DNA from: Chrysomallon squamiferum
Taxonomy: Eukaryota; Animalia; Mollusca
NCBI GenBank assembly: GCA_012295275.1
Contig: CM022678.1
Coordinates: 15,004,001 to 15,068,000, forward strand
DNA length: 64,000 bases
Direction: 5' to 3'
Shown: piece after piece, positions 56,595 to 64,000 of the stretch
Layout: every line of letters begins with the position of its first letter
How positions within the stretch are numbered: the stretch's first letter is position 1
The notes under the pieces: model-generated
What the model saw: the letters and a program-made list of their open reading frames with translations, nothing else
Database searches by the model: none
What the model was told of the DNA's origin: nothing
Program-made: the position numbers and the translations under genes

Positions 56595-57673
56595 CTAATT
56601 AGATCATTTCAAACTTAGAAACATCGTGATCTTCAAGATAGTTATATTTCCTTAAGCACCTTATCGAAATAAATAATAGTAGTGGATTCTTTAAAAGCAA
56701 AGTCATCATTCAACACCAAAAATGAAATCTCCAGTTTTATTATTTCAGTAAATACAGATTTTTCAATAAATACGCAAATCGAGTCGTGGCCATATTGGAT
56801 TTTCTGTTTTTAATGAAAGCGGCTGATTGGTGACAGCTTAATGCACACGTGGATATCAAGTGAGAGATAAAAAAATAATAATAATAATAAAAAAAAAAAA
56901 AAAGGCTGAGAAAAAAAGAAAAGAAAAAGACATTTCAGTCAAAAACGAATAATTCTAAGTCTGTCAGATTTTTACGTTAACATACTCTGAGGAATTTGAG
57001 CTAACTGGAAATGACTGTTATGAAGCGCTGACGTCTGATTTTACAAGATTCCATGTTAATTGAATTAGAGCGAGACCAGATGAAGTTCATTTCCAGTAAT
57101 TTCTACAACGCAATTTCCGAGACGTCGTAAACGTTGATCAGTGTCAGTGTTTATCGATCTGCAGTCTTCCACTCACTGATTTCAATCAAGTAACAGCGCT
57201 GATTTCGTGCAGGCAGTAAACTGTAAGACACGTGATTTCAGGGTACGAAGTTCGTGTCTTAGAAGTGATAATTGTATAAGCACTTTACGTGTCAAGCTAG
57301 CTTTGTTTATATGAATGTTTGTCTTACGTTTAATTAAAGGAGAAATTCTCCACAATACAACGTAAATTTATTTTGTTTATTACGAAGAACCATAACTCTT
57401 CCTATTTTAGATTGATGAGTAATCTTCAGCATTTGTCTCCTCTTGAAATAAATAATTCTTTGCATAATAATAACAATAATAATAATAATAAGAAGAAGAA
57501 ACAGAAGAAGAAGAAGAAGAAAATTTATTTATTAATTTATTTTAACTTTATCCCTTAGATGTGTTTTAATACTTGCTATTTGATTACCTCTGGTTAATTC
57601 ATCATTATTCTATATCATTATTATCATTATTATTATTGTTGTTGTTATTTTATTGTTGCTATTGCAATACATA

Positions 57674-62008
<4,335 letters not shown>

Positions 62009-62214
62009 GATATCCGGCGGAGCAGCTGATTCAGTAAATGCTACATCGCGTTATTGATGAAAATACTGTACAATCGATCCTTCACTGACTGAGCAAAAAT
62101 ACAGCTTCCACAACAACGTGACATACACGTAGTAGTAGTTGCTGTTGTAGCAGTAGTCGATTAGATGAGATAGAATAAATAAATAAATAAATAAATTAAT
62201 TAATTAATTAATTA

Positions 62215-62254
<40 letters not shown>

Positions 62255-62693
62255 TCGTCACCATCATCATTTTAAAAATAATAATATGATGATGGCATGA
62301 TAATGATGATCATGATAATAGTACCAAGAATGATGATGACAATGATAATAATAATCCACATTTTAATAATATATTTAATATATAACACAGATGTTAATCA
62401 TTACAGTAAAAGACGTGTAACCAAATGTAAAATATGCTAATGAGGCATCCCAATAAATATTCATGAAGAATGCAATTTGAATACATTAATAAATGTTTAT
62501 ATGCCACCTTAACAAGACACTTTACATACCCAAATTATGTTGGTATAATTAGCGTTTGATAGGAATTATGGTGATAATATATAAATATATAAAAGTCAAC
62601 AAATATAAATAAGTGCTCATATTTGTTATAGTAGTCTCATAATTGTGTCTGTATGTCTGTTTGTATGTATGTATGTATTAATACATTTATACA

Positions 62694-62748
<55 letters not shown>

Positions 62749-63162
62749 GTTTGTGTGTGTGTATATATATATATATATTTATATATTTGTATGTAGGTAT
62801 GTATGTATGTAGAATTTTCCGTGTGTGTACATGCGTTAAGTGTATTGTAAATATATTTTAACCTAGATATGTACTCATTACACACTTACATATGCAAGAT
62901 ATATAGCAGATATAAATAGATATATTACAGATATGTGTGAATGTTTATATATCACAGTAAGATATTCACTGTATATTTTTATAATCAGTATTTAGTTCTC
63001 TTCAGCTAAATTTATTTTCTTCACGCGAATATCTTGATTTTCTTCATACTCCTTCGTGAGCAAAATGATAACTCTGAAATACAGAACAGCACCATGAATA
63101 TGCGGGATATATATATATATATATATATCAATAATATGTGTGTGTGTGTGTGTGTGTGTGGG

Positions 63163-63253
<91 letters not shown>

Positions 63254-63701
63254 TAAAATGGAGTAATTACTAGTTACGCAAATAATGACAACAATAATCT
63301 AACAATGTGGACAATAAATTAAACATTATTTACTTATCTGTTACAGGTTGAAGTTCCGAGCCTCGCGTTCGTTGGGACTCGATGTAATAATGTGTATAGA
63401 AGTTTTAAAACAACAAAGGACAAGACATGGAGCGGCAATGAAAAGCCAGAAACACTTTTTTGAAATCGGCGCGGAATCCCAGGAGCGGTGTGAACAGGCT
63501 GCAAACCGCCACGTCACAGCGCGCGCTGATAATCCGGGTTCTGTGTCTGCGGCCGTGAATGTCAATTTGCACATCTGGGGCCGAAATTTGGGACTTTCTG
63601 TATTTCAAAATGTCGATTCGGGAACTTCAACCTGTACCACATTACACGTATTGAGGAATAACTATGACGTCATAGGTTCGATCGTGCACATGAGTTTACA
63701 A

Positions 63702-63732
<31 letters not shown>

Positions 63733-64000
63733 GTTTGGTGCGTGATTATTGATTACCCTATGCTCTAGGATATAATAATAACTACAACAACAATAACATT
63801 AACCACAACTATTAAAGCAACAGGTAGAGTACAACAACAACAACAATCATCATCATCATCCAAATACATACATATTTTTTTCGTGAAAACATCTTTCAAT
63901 GTCACGACTACATTTTGTGAATATATATTTTGTGAATATATATATATATATATATATATGCTAATTTATATTACAGAAAAATTACCTTTAAAAGTTGCTG

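Overview
AT-rich, microsatellite-rich metazoan genomic DNA with spliceosomal introns; a mollusc or other lophotrochozoan is likely, but that is inference. From left to right: (1) the first five coding exons of RFC1 on the minus strand, running off the left edge; (2) an intronless 498-aa ORF ending in an NHL/beta-propeller (minus); (3) a 61-62 bp x5 minisatellite and an exon-like block resembling a peptide precursor near 9.8-10.1 kb; (4) a ~31-kb rearranged duplication array (~12.8-44.5 kb) made of three near-identical ~6-kb tandem units plus older partial and inverted copies; (5) Tc1/mariner remnants; (6) a complete four-exon TMEM205 gene (minus, 214 aa); (7) a right end with no supported gene, holding a ~0.5-kb inverted duplication and long microsatellites. 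The strongest candidate for something undescribed is the array. Manual splicing gives a family of 61-67 aa single-pass membrane microproteins on the minus strand (four copies, TM exon 86/86/87/88 nt). It also gives a convergent, 3'-overlapping 101-aa tail-anchored protein on the plus strand, with promoters and inactivating lesions split complementarily among the copies. None of these spliced models appears intact in the ORF track, and none has expression support from the sequence alone.
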